64,000 bases of DNA, taken from Raillietiella orientalis (Eukaryota). Shown here one piece after another: positions 13,226 through 25,403 of the stretch. The notes beneath the pieces were generated by a model that saw only the letters and a list, made by a program, of their open reading frames with translations, was not told the origin of the DNA and made no database searches. Location: assembly GCA_036172245.1 (NCBI GenBank), contig JAYWIR010000002.1, positions 7,192,001-7,256,000 of the forward strand. The letters are read 5' to 3'. The translations under genes and the position numbers were made by a program. Every line of letters starts with the position of its first letter. The stretch's first letter is position 1.

Positions 13226-13670
13226 TGGATTGGGGAGGAGGAGTGAACGGAAGGTAGCAGCTAGCCCAGGAGCCAGTCCGGTAGAACCGGACGGGGACAA
13301 ACTGGAAAAGGAAGGGAAGGGGGGAATCAAACAAACCAAACATTGTAAATTGTAAATCTAATAACTTGGCGTTCGCTACGTGTAAAGTCGTGACCCCATC
13401 CTCGCATTTCTGTTACGGATGCGCGGCAGAAGGGTTCGTCAAGCTCACTCTTTCGAAAGGTGCGTTCATGCGTTCATGGTGCAAACCGGTGCTCCCGCCC
13501 GCAGGGGCCGTAGGTCGTTCAAGGCGTTGGGGAGCCAGGGCCGGCTGAACAAAACAGGAGGACGGGCGCACTCCCTGCTCGCGCCACCGTCTGCGGTGCG
13601 ACATCCTAAGGGCGTTGCACCTGAAACCCCCGCTCTGGACGGGGGACCTTTCTCTTGCCTGTCTTTTCAG

Positions 13671-13759
13671 CGAGAACTACACAGAGATGGTGCTGTTCTA
13701 CCCCAAACTCGTCAAGAAGATCTTCAAGTACCAGTCTGCGTCGCTGTCGGAGCTGCTCA
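13671..13759 (+). CDS. Exon D of the same gene (SENYTEMVLFYPKLVKKIFKYQSASLSELL)
   Basis: TCTCTTGCCTGTCTTTTCAG acceptor, GTGAGT donor at 13760; phase 2 start fits exon C; mostly G/C-ending codons. Confidence 0.75.
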
Positions 13760-14089
13760 GTGAGTCTTTTCCTCTGCATCCTGCTGAGCAGCAGCAGCGA
13801 CAACCAGGAAGGGCGTCCGCCGGGCCCCACGTTTCCTAGGACCCTTCCTCCACCCACTTCTTCCATGGAATTGTCCCTGCCGGAAGAAAACCGTGTTTCG
13901 GGAACTCCGCGCTCCCTGCAAAGATCCGGGATCCGGTCTGATCTCCCTTCGATCCGAATCCACCATCCCTGTAGCTCAAAGGAGAAGGCTGTCTAGGAAA
14001 GGCATCCCCCCTACCTTGTGGCTCGAAGGCCAGCAACGCCCTCGTCTCCGAAATGCTCGCAGCTTCGAACGTTCATCTTTCCATCCTTA

Positions 14090-14800
14090 GAGATGCAGCC
14101 TCCGCGCGTGGAGGCATCGGGCGTTGCGGGTTCGAATTGCTTCCAGGGAAACATTGACTCCGAGAATGAGGGGCATGCCGTGGGTTTTCACAAGTCGCTG
14201 GTTGACCGGGAGGGTCGGGTGCGGTGCGGGAGAAACCCGCGTGCGCGCTGGAAATCGGAAGCCTTTGCTGACCGGTCTCCGGAATTGGAAGTTGACCCTC
14301 CGGGATCCTTTTAGGGACCGAAGACCCTATTCCCTTCTGCTTCCCTTCTCGATTGTGAAAATGGGGCCGTACCATGGAGCTGGTTGATCCTCCCTTCCCC
14401 CAAGGGGCTGGTTCCTCAGAGTGCAAGTAGGGCGCACTTCCTCCAGGGAGAGCCCTCCAACGAAAATGGGAAACGTTCCTTCGAGTATTTTTCCCAGAGA
14501 TGAAGGAGAAAAAGAGCGGATCCTTTCCGGGTTCTCCCCCCTCAGGGTAGAACAAGGCAGAGGTTCCCTTCGGAGGAAACCGAGGCGAGGGTTCCTCCTC
14601 CCAAATGTAAGGGGAACGGACTCCCCCGGAGTCTTCTTGGATTCATGGTGGTGGTCTCGACGGGATCGCCCCCCAGCTTGAGGAGTTACCCGCAGCACCC
14701 TCGGTTGGAGATGGCAGTGTCTGAGGAGCTTTGAGAGCCCCCCTGAGGAGGCGAGCGGTTTTTCCGCACTCCTTGAGAACCGAAAAAAAAAAAAAGCTGG
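14090..14800 (+). mobile_element. SINE-like repeat, copy B (near full length)
   Basis: GCGTTGCGGGTTCGAAT head, conserved body, A13 run at 14783-14795. Confidence 0.7.
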
Positions 14801-17800
14801 GAGGGAAGTAACAAGACAGAAGATGTGGGTGAATGCTCGCCGATGTGCTGCACTGTGCTTCTTGTGATCGCTGCCTCCTCCGATCTTATCCTGCTTTTCA
14901 ATCCTTCTTCACATTTCTGATGGAATGCCCTCTTGGGAGCGACCAGGAACTTGACGGATATCGTTCTGGAGTCTCGTCTTCGACTTCTTCTCGGACTGAT
15001 TAAGTCCTTGGAGTGGTCCTTTCTAGCGAGAACGTGATATTGAGGTTCGTTCCTCTCTGTCGCCATCTTCCATGCAAGACCATCTCGGTCCCGCTGCTGC
15101 CTGCTCTTAGTGAAGGGGACGAATGAGAGTGCAGCCACATCATGGATCCGATGTTCATGGAATCTTTCCGCAACCGCAGGAGTGAAGAGAGTGCGCACAA
15201 CTCTTAGTGGTCAGGAAAGGAGAGCTTGCATGTTGCTTTCTTCCACTTTTACGTTCCTCGACTTTGAATTTCTTCCAGACGGAGGGTCTCGTCGCTCGGA
15301 CCGCATCCTCCACTTTCAGAAGATGCGATTCTATGTGGATTCCATGGGTTCTTTCCCTTCCTCGAAGTCTCAGAAGTGACTCCATGGAACTCTCGATGCC
15401 TCAGTCATTCCTCACGTTCACCTACACGGAGAATTGTCGCCTTCCTCTCTCCCTCGAAGGACGCCTTGGCTGCCCGACCTGCAGTGAGCAGGAGAGGCGC
15501 GTTTGTGCAGCCAATGGAACCGCGGAAGAGCCCACGGCGCATGCCTCGTGGGCCTTCCGTTTGTCCCGACCGAAATGGAGCTATTGCTGGGGCGCATGAA
15601 GAAAAGAAGAAAAGATAAGCTCACCCGGGCGCTGCATCGAATTTGTACATCCAGCCGCAGGTCACCGACCTTGACAGCTCAGATACAAGGGAGAGCGCAA
15701 GGAGCTCTTCGGGTCGGCGAGCTCCGGACTCTAGTGGCTGAAGCAGCAGTCGAGATGACCTACCAGAGGGATGTGGGGGAGTCAGTCAGCTCTTCAGGAG
15801 AGAGCTGGAGTTGCGTAGGGCTGGCAGAGTTTCCTCTGACACCCTCTGGAACGCCTACTCCTCGCCCTCTCTGGTTTTGCGGGATCAGCGCCCTTGACTT
15901 CGTGTTCGGAATCCTCCTCGAGCAAGAGGAGGATTCCGAACATGAAGCGCGACGCACGCGATGCTTAGGATGCGCGTTTCCGTAGGATAGAGTAAGGCCG
16001 CGGTTTTCCAGCGCCAGCAGGAGGCAGAGAGCCGTCCAAGGACGGTCCCCAAGACCAGATCCTACTCTCCCCGAAGCTGGTTGGCGTGAGCGCAGTGGTT
16101 GAATGGACTCTGGTCGGTCTAGGATGGCCGTCTCCCGACCCCAGGAAATCCTCCGTGCAAATTTTCCGCGTGCGTCTTTCGCAACTGATTCCACGGCTCG
16201 GGTCAGGTGCGACAGCGCGGACAAGAAAGCAGGGCCACCGTCATGGACGGATTCTCAGAGGGTTGAGGAGACGGAACACCCCCGATTCCGGAGAGTAGCT
16301 CCCGACTCTGGAGGGAGACTACTTCCCGAAGTCTTCTTCCAGAGTCTTTTTCTCTCCTTTCTCTCTCCTGCAATGTGTCCTCCGGGCAAGCAAGGACCCC
16401 GGAGGAACCCAGGAAGGAGAAACCGAACTGGCTTCAGCAAGTTCCCATGGAAGCGCGTCCGTGGGTCGAGTGAGCCACGGTCCACGCTTTTTGGACTCCG
16501 AATCTGCCCTACGGCAAAATGGACATCAAAAACCGATCGAGGGTACCGCTGTGACCCGCGTGAGACGGGCAGGAGAGGCGTTTGAATATAATGGCATCGA
16601 ACGGGAGAGGTTCCTCCCGTAGAGCGCGACATCTTCGTACAGCCTGCTTGGAAAATTCACCTCTTGGGAGGATCCGCGCGGGCTTCCTCGTTCCTGGAGC
16701 CAAGAGGCCCCTGGAAGATTCGGATTTCTTCTCAACCACCCTGAATTCGCCTCCACGGAGCGCAACAGAGATGGCGGTGACCTCTTCGTTGTCCTGCGTT
16801 CTCAAGGGACGGATCCCTCCCTCCGCACGTCACCGGAAGAGCGGGTTTCGAGGCGCAGTTTCCCCGCGATTCCCTTCTCGGAGAGCAGCTTCCCTGCTGG
16901 CCGCAGTTGTGGTCGCCCAGGTCAGGAAAAATCCGTGGAAAGGTGGCGTTCGGGGTAGGGGATCCTGGAAGGCTTCGTTCCGAGGACACCTCATTTCTCT
17001 CGAAGGATCAGGAAGCCCCCGCGTCCCGTCCTGAAACTCTGGCCGGGATCCCTAGGGATACATTCCTTAAACGCAAGAGCGAGCGCCGCTGCTCACACGT
17101 TGGGGACCCATCTTTCGGGAAAGCCTCTTTGGTTCCCGTTCACGCTCCTGTCATTGTTCCCGATCCAGCAGACCGCGCTCCTCCCTTCGAAGGTCCGTCT
17201 TCTGGCTTCCAGCACCTCTTGTCAGCGGACCGAAGCACGCCCTGGAGGGTGCGGCTACGAGACCTGGCGCAGCAGACTCCGTTTCCACGGAATCATGCAA
17301 GCTCTCTGTCTCTCGGACCCCATTTCCTTCATCCCGAGAATCCCGACTGCTTCGAAACATCCCCTTGTCCACGTCCCTCGTGGATCACTCACGATCGCAA
17401 GCAAACCGTGTTCCCCTGCCACTGTCGATGCTTTGCCGTCCATCTTGTGGGAGGTTTCAGCACAACTCTCTAAGCACTTTTGCCCTACTGGCCATCCCTG
17501 TCGCTTTGCGCAGTCCTCCACAGGGCTGATGCCTCGCTGGAATGAGGAGAGGAAGGAGGGAGAGGACTCGTGCCTTCCCAATTGACGATGAACTCCTGCC
17601 TTGGGTCTCTCCCTCCCTATCAGACGTGCTCGCCGAGCTGACCCAAATGGTCCCGGAGCTCCCAAGCGGCTAGTTGGGAATGCCCCGCCCGCCAGTGCGC
17701 TGCTCTTCCAGCGTCCGACCTTGGGGGACGAGTGCAGACATCACCCAGGTGTGCAAGACAGCGGCGCCACTTCGTTCTCGCGCTTGCCGTAACCGGGAGG

Positions 17801-19284
17801 ATCTGAAGGATTCTTCGATCCTCTTCGCCCGACCGCCCTGGATGAGCGATCTCGTTCTTCGGACCTGGCAGCCTCACCCATCTTCTCAAGAAGTCGCCTC
17901 TGAGGGGATGTCAGGAGGTTCATGCAGAGGACCATGCAGCTCCACTCTGAGGGAACAGAAGCTGGGTGGACCTTTCGACCTCTCCTCGCCCTCCTCATAT
18001 CTCAGTAGGCCATTCTCCCTTCCTCCCGTGTCTTCACGTCCGAACTTCATATCGCCTTCCAAGCGCCCTGCCGAGATGATTTTGAGATCCATCCCGGAGG
18101 CTGCCTCTCGAGAGGAGGAACGGGAGACACGGGAACAAGTTGGACGCGGACGACGCGAGGGCGTGCCTCTCCCTGCTTCCCTGAGGCGCGCATCTCTCCC
18201 GCCACCCTCTTGCGGAGAGTGGAGGACATGGGAGTTCATCCTCGGGATTTTCCGCGCCTATCCCAAGCCGTGACCCCTTTCCTTTGGGGTACCCAGGAGA
18301 ACTCTACTCGCTGGGGCATAGGCTCCCGCGCCTTGCGATCTGCCCTCCACTCCTGGAGGACGGGAGTTCCTCGAACGTGCCCTGAGGCGATGCTTGCTCT
18401 CCCAAGCGACCGGAGGGGCCTCGAGTGACCTTCCATGCATCCTCGAGATCGCGAGGCCTCCCTTCCCTCATTTTCCTCTCCTCTGCAGGGAAACCGGAAG
18501 GTTCCCTGTCAGTGTCGACCTATGGACACGCAGCCTCTGTCCGGGAGGCATGAGAGAAGAGAGAAGCGGCGGGGAAGAAGGGAGGAGCGGTAGTCCATCT
18601 CCCTTTGGACTGCGCCCATCCTTGTTTTGGAGATCCTGGAGTTCTCCTCTTCCTCTCCCTGGAACCGGAATTCTTTATCTCCAAGCCATTGGTCTTCCTA
18701 TGCCGGATGCTGTACAAAAGCACCTCCTCCCCTCCCTTCTGTTTCTCTCAGTCCACGGTCCGCTTCCTTCCCGCCCGCCGTCTTCGCGAGTAGCGAGGAT
18801 ACCCCCCGTCTCCCAACTCGTGGTCACTGGGATGGTCATCTCTTTCAGGCGACATCGGAGGGAACCTTTCCCTAACCACCGGAGGCAGCATCCTCTCCAT
18901 CATGGAGCTGGCGATCTTCCTGGCCACCAGCGTGGGAATCTGCCTCTCCGCTCTAAAGTAGGAGGATCACCGCACTGTCAGGGCTGATTCCACCGCCTCC
19001 CTGCAGTCGCAAGTCCTGCAACCCGGGACGCTCAGGACCCACCGTCGGGGAAGTCCAGAAGCTCCAGCTCCCTATTCCGTCTCACAGCGCCTTGGTGCCC
19101 ATTTGACGAGAGGCGGACAGGGAAGGACGGGAAGCCCGGCCAAGCCAAGAGGGACGTCACCTCCCGCCATTCTTGCTGGCTCTTTATCGGCGCACCTCGG
19201 GACGAAAGGGGCGGACATTTCCGATCTCCCGACCTCTTCCTGTCATCCCTCCATCCGAGGCGGAGGCAAGGTCTCCCTCTTCAG

Positions 19285-19349
19285 ACTATACGAGTTTGGG
19301 TGGCGCGACCCATGCGAACGAGCGCGCGTTCCCGTGCAGGGTAGGGTGA
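19285..19349 (+). CDS. Candidate terminal exon E of the same gene (NYTSLGGATHANERAFPCRVG* if spliced directly to exon D)
   Basis: CTCCCTCTTCAG acceptor; phase 1 reading ends at TGA 19347-19349. An alternative frame runs to 19405 but would need an unseen intermediate exon. Confidence 0.35.
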
Positions 19350-22300
19350 GAAAGAACACCCACTGGACCCTCATCGCAAATAATTACGATTCTTGCTGCT
19401 GCTGATGCTGCTGTTGTTTTGATTATTCTAAGCTGGAGATTGACAGTTTGTCACACGACGAAATGACGCCACCGTGTTTGCTCCACTTCCCATGCCGGTC
19501 GCTTTCACCTAACGGCTTCCCACCCCCTGTCTCCCATTTCGTGGCTTATCTCCGTTTCTTTCACTTCATCCTTCCTTCTTTTTTGATCATTCACCACCTC
19601 CTCGTCCATATGAGGAGAGGGATGAGAGAGGTGCCACGTGACCTTTGCCCCTTCCTTGGCTCCTCGATTCGTCTCGGTTTCTCCCCATGATTTATTCGAT
19701 TTGTTCTCCGAGTTCTTCAAGTTTAAGCTTGTCCCTGGCGCTGAATGTCTTCCTCTTCTTTCCGCGATTCTTTCGGGATTCCTGCTGCTGTGATTTCCTT
19801 CCTCAGGAATTTCTGATCGTATTGGAATCTCCTGTAACTCGCAACAGGAGACACTTGATTACTTGGCGCCCTCTGACCGTCTCCCTGTAGCTTATCTTCC
19901 CTGTCCAACGATTCCTTTCCTCACGCCTTCCTGGCAATCCCTTACTATTCCTTGCACTCCTCTTCCCTTTTACCACTTCCCTGGATTTTTTCCCGTTATT
20001 CTCGCCTCACTGCGTGCTCACAGACCGATGCTGACGATGATGAATCGGCAGCCAGCCTCAACCCCCTCTACGCTGTTTTCCTTGCCCTCCTTCGTCCTTG
20101 AATTCCTCGAACCACCCAGTTGCAGGATGTCCAGCCGTTCACGAAACCAGGACGCTGCCTTGAGCGAGCGCCTGAACCGCCTGCCTGAGAACTCTGCGCC
20201 ATTTCGGGGCGCAAGGAAAGCACCAAATCTCACGCTTCCAGAAGACCCTCTGGGGTTTTCGGGTGGCGGTCCTCTCGGAGGTCGCGCATCCCTCGCCGAT
20301 CCCTTGATGCTACTTTCCAAGAGGGTACTGCCGCATCCCCTAGTTTGGACTGCGTCCGCCGCTGGCGCCAGAATTGGCGCTCCGATCACAGCGGAAAGGT
20401 GCCCTCCCTCGAACCGCGTGATGAGCGACGAGGTCGTGACTTCGACCCCCTTTCTTTCTCCCCTAGGGCCGCCCCACCAGGATCCCCAAAAGTCCCACAG
20501 ACGGAAACTCACCCATCCGGATCTGCGCAACACCTTCCTGGGCGTCCATGCTGGGGAACATCACACACTCCCCAGACGTGCCCCTAGGTAACCTGCCTAT
20601 TCCTACGATGGCATCCTAAAGCCCCTGACCTCTCCTTGTGACAGCTTCCTTCGCAGGTGAGCCAAGCCTCGAGACCCAGGCGGCCTTCTCCGCTCACCGC
20701 CCTCCCTCGTCTTTTGCGCCGGGATGGAGGACAAGTCGAGGGTCTTTGGAGACGTCGGAGAGAGGGAGGAGCCGATCCCCAAGAGCACGAGAAGCGGCGA
20801 GATGAGTGTGGGGCAGTGCCAGCGCGTTCCCCCGAGCGTTCCTTCTGGCACGCAGCTAGCCCTCTAGCTGCGTGCCAGAAGAGACGCGTTCTCGTGGTCC
20901 TCCCCCGGTCCTCCCGCGTAAAAGAGGCGGACGGCGTCGCGGAACCGCCGCTCGACCATCGCGCGCTTCCGGAGGAGGGCGGAAGGGTGGTGGATGAGGC
21001 ATTTCTCCTCTGAGGCGATCGAATTGCTGCAGCGGAGAGAGGAGGAAGGAGACTGTATGTGAGCAGAGCGCAACTCCGTCTCCAGGAGCAACGCGCACCG
21101 CCCATCCCGCCGCCACTACATCCCGTATGCTCGTGGGAGGCGTGGCACGCGGGAAGTCCCATGTCCGATTCCAACCTTGCTTGAATGCCTAAACAGGAAA
21201 ACCTGTGCAGGTTCCTGTGCCACCTTCATTTACTACCCTCGTCTCCCCCCTTTTATGCTCCCTCAGCTGGAAACTCCCCATCGCCATTCCCTGCCGCATC
21301 CCCTTTCCATCGAGGTATCTCTCCTCCGTCCCCACGCGGTTACTGTGCTCACTTTTTTCTTCTTCTTCCTCGAACCACTTCGTGGGGCTCCGGATGATGA
21401 GTCTTGTCCCACCCACGGATTCTGTATTTCCAAGACAACAACTTCAGTCCTAAGTGGTCACACGAAAGACCAGGAGGGAGGGGTCAAGGTGGGGAAACCC
21501 TTCCGCCACCACCTGCCGGATAGGCTGGCGAGTGGGTCCCACGACGCTGCAAGCACCGGGTTCAATCCGCTCGGTTTGGAATGACGGGGAGTCGATCGTC
21601 GAAGATCACCTGAGAGTCTACTGGAGCACTCGACCTCGTCCATACGGATGTCGCGCGTAGCTTCCGCCGCGCGTTGCTGACCCTGAGAGTATTCTTGCAG
21701 CCACATCGCCGCCTCTGCAGCGTCCGTGCGCCCGCGAGCCGTTCGAGCTCGCGGTAAGCGCAAAGACGCGTCCCATCGCTTCCCGCTTCGTGTCTGGTCC
21801 CACATACCGTTCGCGTTCGATGACGTAGAGCGCAGAGCTCCTTGTGGAGGTGATGTCCCTCCGCACTAGCGTCGAGATGCTAGGCGGTCCGCTAATGCTG
21901 GTCGCGGAAGAACGGGTTGACCAATTCAAAGATGCAGAAGAACATATGGATTAGCTACTCTCATGTCCATGCTGAAGTACAGCAACGAGCACTTCGGGTG
22001 CTTCGGAAAGAGTTTCTGGTCACGCATTCGAATGTTTTATGTAAATCGACCTCGATCGCAAGAGCACTTGGTTTCTCCGCCTGCTTGTGTGTGGCCTTCG
22101 ATCTCGAAGCTCTTCCTGCAGTTTTTTATCCCTGCAGGTTTCCCTCACAACCCCGTGCTGCAACAGAGCAGCCAGTCCTGCGAAAACACCTGGTTTAGGC
22201 CCCATGCTCCCTTCCGGAACAGCGTAGGTCTGATCCGCGCTGACCAAAGGGTGCGTCATCTGCCTCAGGCACGCGGTTCGCAGTTCACAGAGCAGGCTGA

Positions 22301-25300
22301 TGTCCTCGTGTATGAAGTAATCGGAAGGAAGCCAGTCGCCCAAGCTCCTTTGGGGAGGAAACGTACCCTAGCTGACTGCATGGGGCACGCCTCCCTTCTC
22401 CCAGAACAACAAAGTGAGTTTGCGCATCGAGTGCGTTTCCATGGTACCGCGAAAATTCCCAAGGCAGGCCACTTGCCGTCAGCAGTTCGGGAAGCAGCGT
22501 AGCATGGAGTTACGGGAACAGAGAAGCCGCGGGGACCTCAACGCTGTCAACTTTTATCCGAATCGAGGCAGAGTATCTACCGTGTTTGGTGCCTCATTGA
22601 GGAGGAAATGCTGAGGCGTTCCCGGGAACGCAAACGAGAGATTCACTGATTGACGGGTAGGAAAGGGACCGTGCTCTCTGAAACGGAGAAGAACTTTATG
22701 ATGGGCTCTCTGATGCGGCATTTCTCGTGGACATGATGGCCGCTTAACAGAGCTGGATGCCCAGCTTCAGGGCTCTGTGCAGGTAACCGACTCGTTCTCT
22801 TGCAGCAGCTTGCCTTTCGAGCAAAACTGAAACTGTAGGATGATGACCAGCTTCCCAACGCAGACTGAGCACTCTTGCCCGCGGTGCAACTGACGAATCC
22901 GGCATCCAGCATGCAACATGGGAAGGAACGCCGAAACGTGGAGACGAATGAGAACAGGGGGTGGCGTCTTTGATGCGGTTGACAGGGAACCAGAATGATG
23001 AAGACTCCATTCCGGATGCAACCGGAGACGTCTTCTTCGGTTCTCAGCTTCGATTCTCGCAATCTGAGGCTCCCACTAGGAGCAACCGCTGCGAAACTTT
23101 AAAACACCTGCGCTTCTGTGGAAGAATGTCCTTTCGAAAAGGCAGCGCGCCTTGAGAATGCGTGCTCTGTTTGGAGCGGCCGCATACTGCCGACGGCAGT
23201 TGCTGTCAAAAGTTGTTGTCACCTGTTGCAACACTCGAAAATGCCCGTTTCCTGATCCGCAGGAGAGAATCCTCGCAACCCTCGCCCGCTGATGCACAGT
23301 CCCGCCCTGGTACCAACGAGCTTGCCGAAGAGCAAGTGCGGATGCACAATTCCAATCAGCCACGATGAGAAACAACCAACTGCCAAAAATTACTATTTTA
23401 TATCATCCTGGGATTAACTTTTACTGAGCTTCGTTTAGTATTTTTACATTCGTAGAAGGTTTTTAGACTTGGAATCAATTTGCTCGCTCTCTATGAACAA
23501 ATGAAACTTGTTTTTCCCTTTCATTCATTTGTTTTTCTTCTTCTCTCTACGCCCATTTTCAGCACTGTCAACTTGAGTAATATAGCTAAGCTAATAGTGG
23601 ACTTACAAGGCATTTATGTCTTAGAAAAAACACAAATTCTAATATTCCTAAAGTAGCTCTTATAAATTTTAAACTTATGGAAATGTGAAGGCTATCGTGA
23701 CTAGCAGGACTTCTTGAATGGATATGTGGACCACTGTGGTCCCTGGCTGTGACGGACACTTTAGCAAATGAGTTAAATGGTACAGTTAAACAGCGATCGA
23801 GATCAGCAGCTCCACAGGAGAGATCAATCAGGATTCGCTGGATTCATGGACAGAAATCGAGATAGAATGGAAACTTCGAATTCTGGGACTTTTGACCTTA
23901 CATCGCACGATGCGACGTTTTAAAAAACCTTAGAGATGTGCATAGGAAAGAACTGTATAATGGATGATGTTGACATTACAATCCAAATGAGCACATCGCA
24001 ATACGGACTAGATTTTAGAAGGCTGAAACTCACCCTTGTTAATGCATCGAGTATTCGGCTATGCACGACGTACAGATTTGATAATGCGAGCTACTTTGTA
24101 CAGAAGACTACCAAAAAGAGTACACCTGAGAGAGTACACTTGTTCCAACAAAACACAAGAAATTAAAAGGATACCAACTGGGCAGCAAACTGAAAGGTGA
24201 GGCAGGTAAATTTCTGCTGCCTGCTTCGATTTCTGCCCATTCGGAATTTCATTTTTCTTAAAGGAAATAATCTTTTGGAATTTCGGAGTTACTGCTAGTC
24301 GAAGTGCTGAGAAAACTGGCAACAACCAGAAGAGTGGCTTTTACAGATGTCTTTACAGATTTATCTTTTCTGATTAATTATGCTCGCTATCGGAAACAAG
24401 GAATGCATAATTCAATAAGCGTAGTAGGGGAAACGAATGTTCATAAGTATGGTGATGAAGATTTTAGAAACCATACAGCAGCATTTTTGGAGCATCAACC
24501 TGGAATGCTAAACTAATTATTTACGAGAAGAACTAGTAATTTATGTTAACAACTTGAATAATTCAAAATGCAATAAAACGAATACGAGGATCCAAAGCCT
24601 TTTGTACAACTTTGCCATTCGAACACTGTGATTTGTGAAGAATCTGGCTTCAGAACACAAAAGCAGAGCTCAGGATAAAGAAAGCACTGAACACTATTTT
24701 CACCTTGGATCCAGAATTCAAATGAACGACGCAACGATCGTACACGTATATGTGCAAACAGAAGATCAAGGTCAAGAATCTGATTGCGATCTAAGCTCAT
24801 GATACTGGTTACGGTAAAATCATAATTGCTGATCTAATACTGTAAACAAGTAAATAGGGGCGAATGAATGATCATGGAGAAATCCAACTCCTTTGGTAAA
24901 CAGTACACTAGAAAAGTTTACTTAAGGTGAGAAACACGAAAGGAAACATTAAAGTGGATAAATCAAGGTTAATCAGCTTATGAAACACAGTTATTGCACT
25001 TAAGCCCAAAGACACTTTAATCCATGAGATGGTGCGATAGATAGAAAAAACCACGATAGATAGCCATAAACTAGGATAAGCTGAGTTTGAATTAAAATTA
25101 ATAGATTCAAGAACCAAAGGGTACTTATTTGTCATAAAAATCAGCATTCATTATCATCTATACTGCAAATATAATAATAAAAAAAAATACTGAATAGTAT
25201 GAAGGAAAAATAAATACCAGTTTCATTGATAAATCATGTATTGATTCATCAAAATAATAATAAAGATCTCAAATTGCAAATCCAAGATATGCAAATAATT

Positions 25301-25403
25301 TTCAATTTTGTGTTGTTGCAAACTTCTTGGTAAAATGAATATGAAAGATTGTAAATAACATCTTGATAATTTATGATGAGTTTGAATCTACAAAATAATT
25401 CCC

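Noticed and set aside
22930..23200. Minus-strand PNRARILK / KLR...GVFI resembling CR1/L2 ORF1
   Set aside because: Only two short motifs in different frames.
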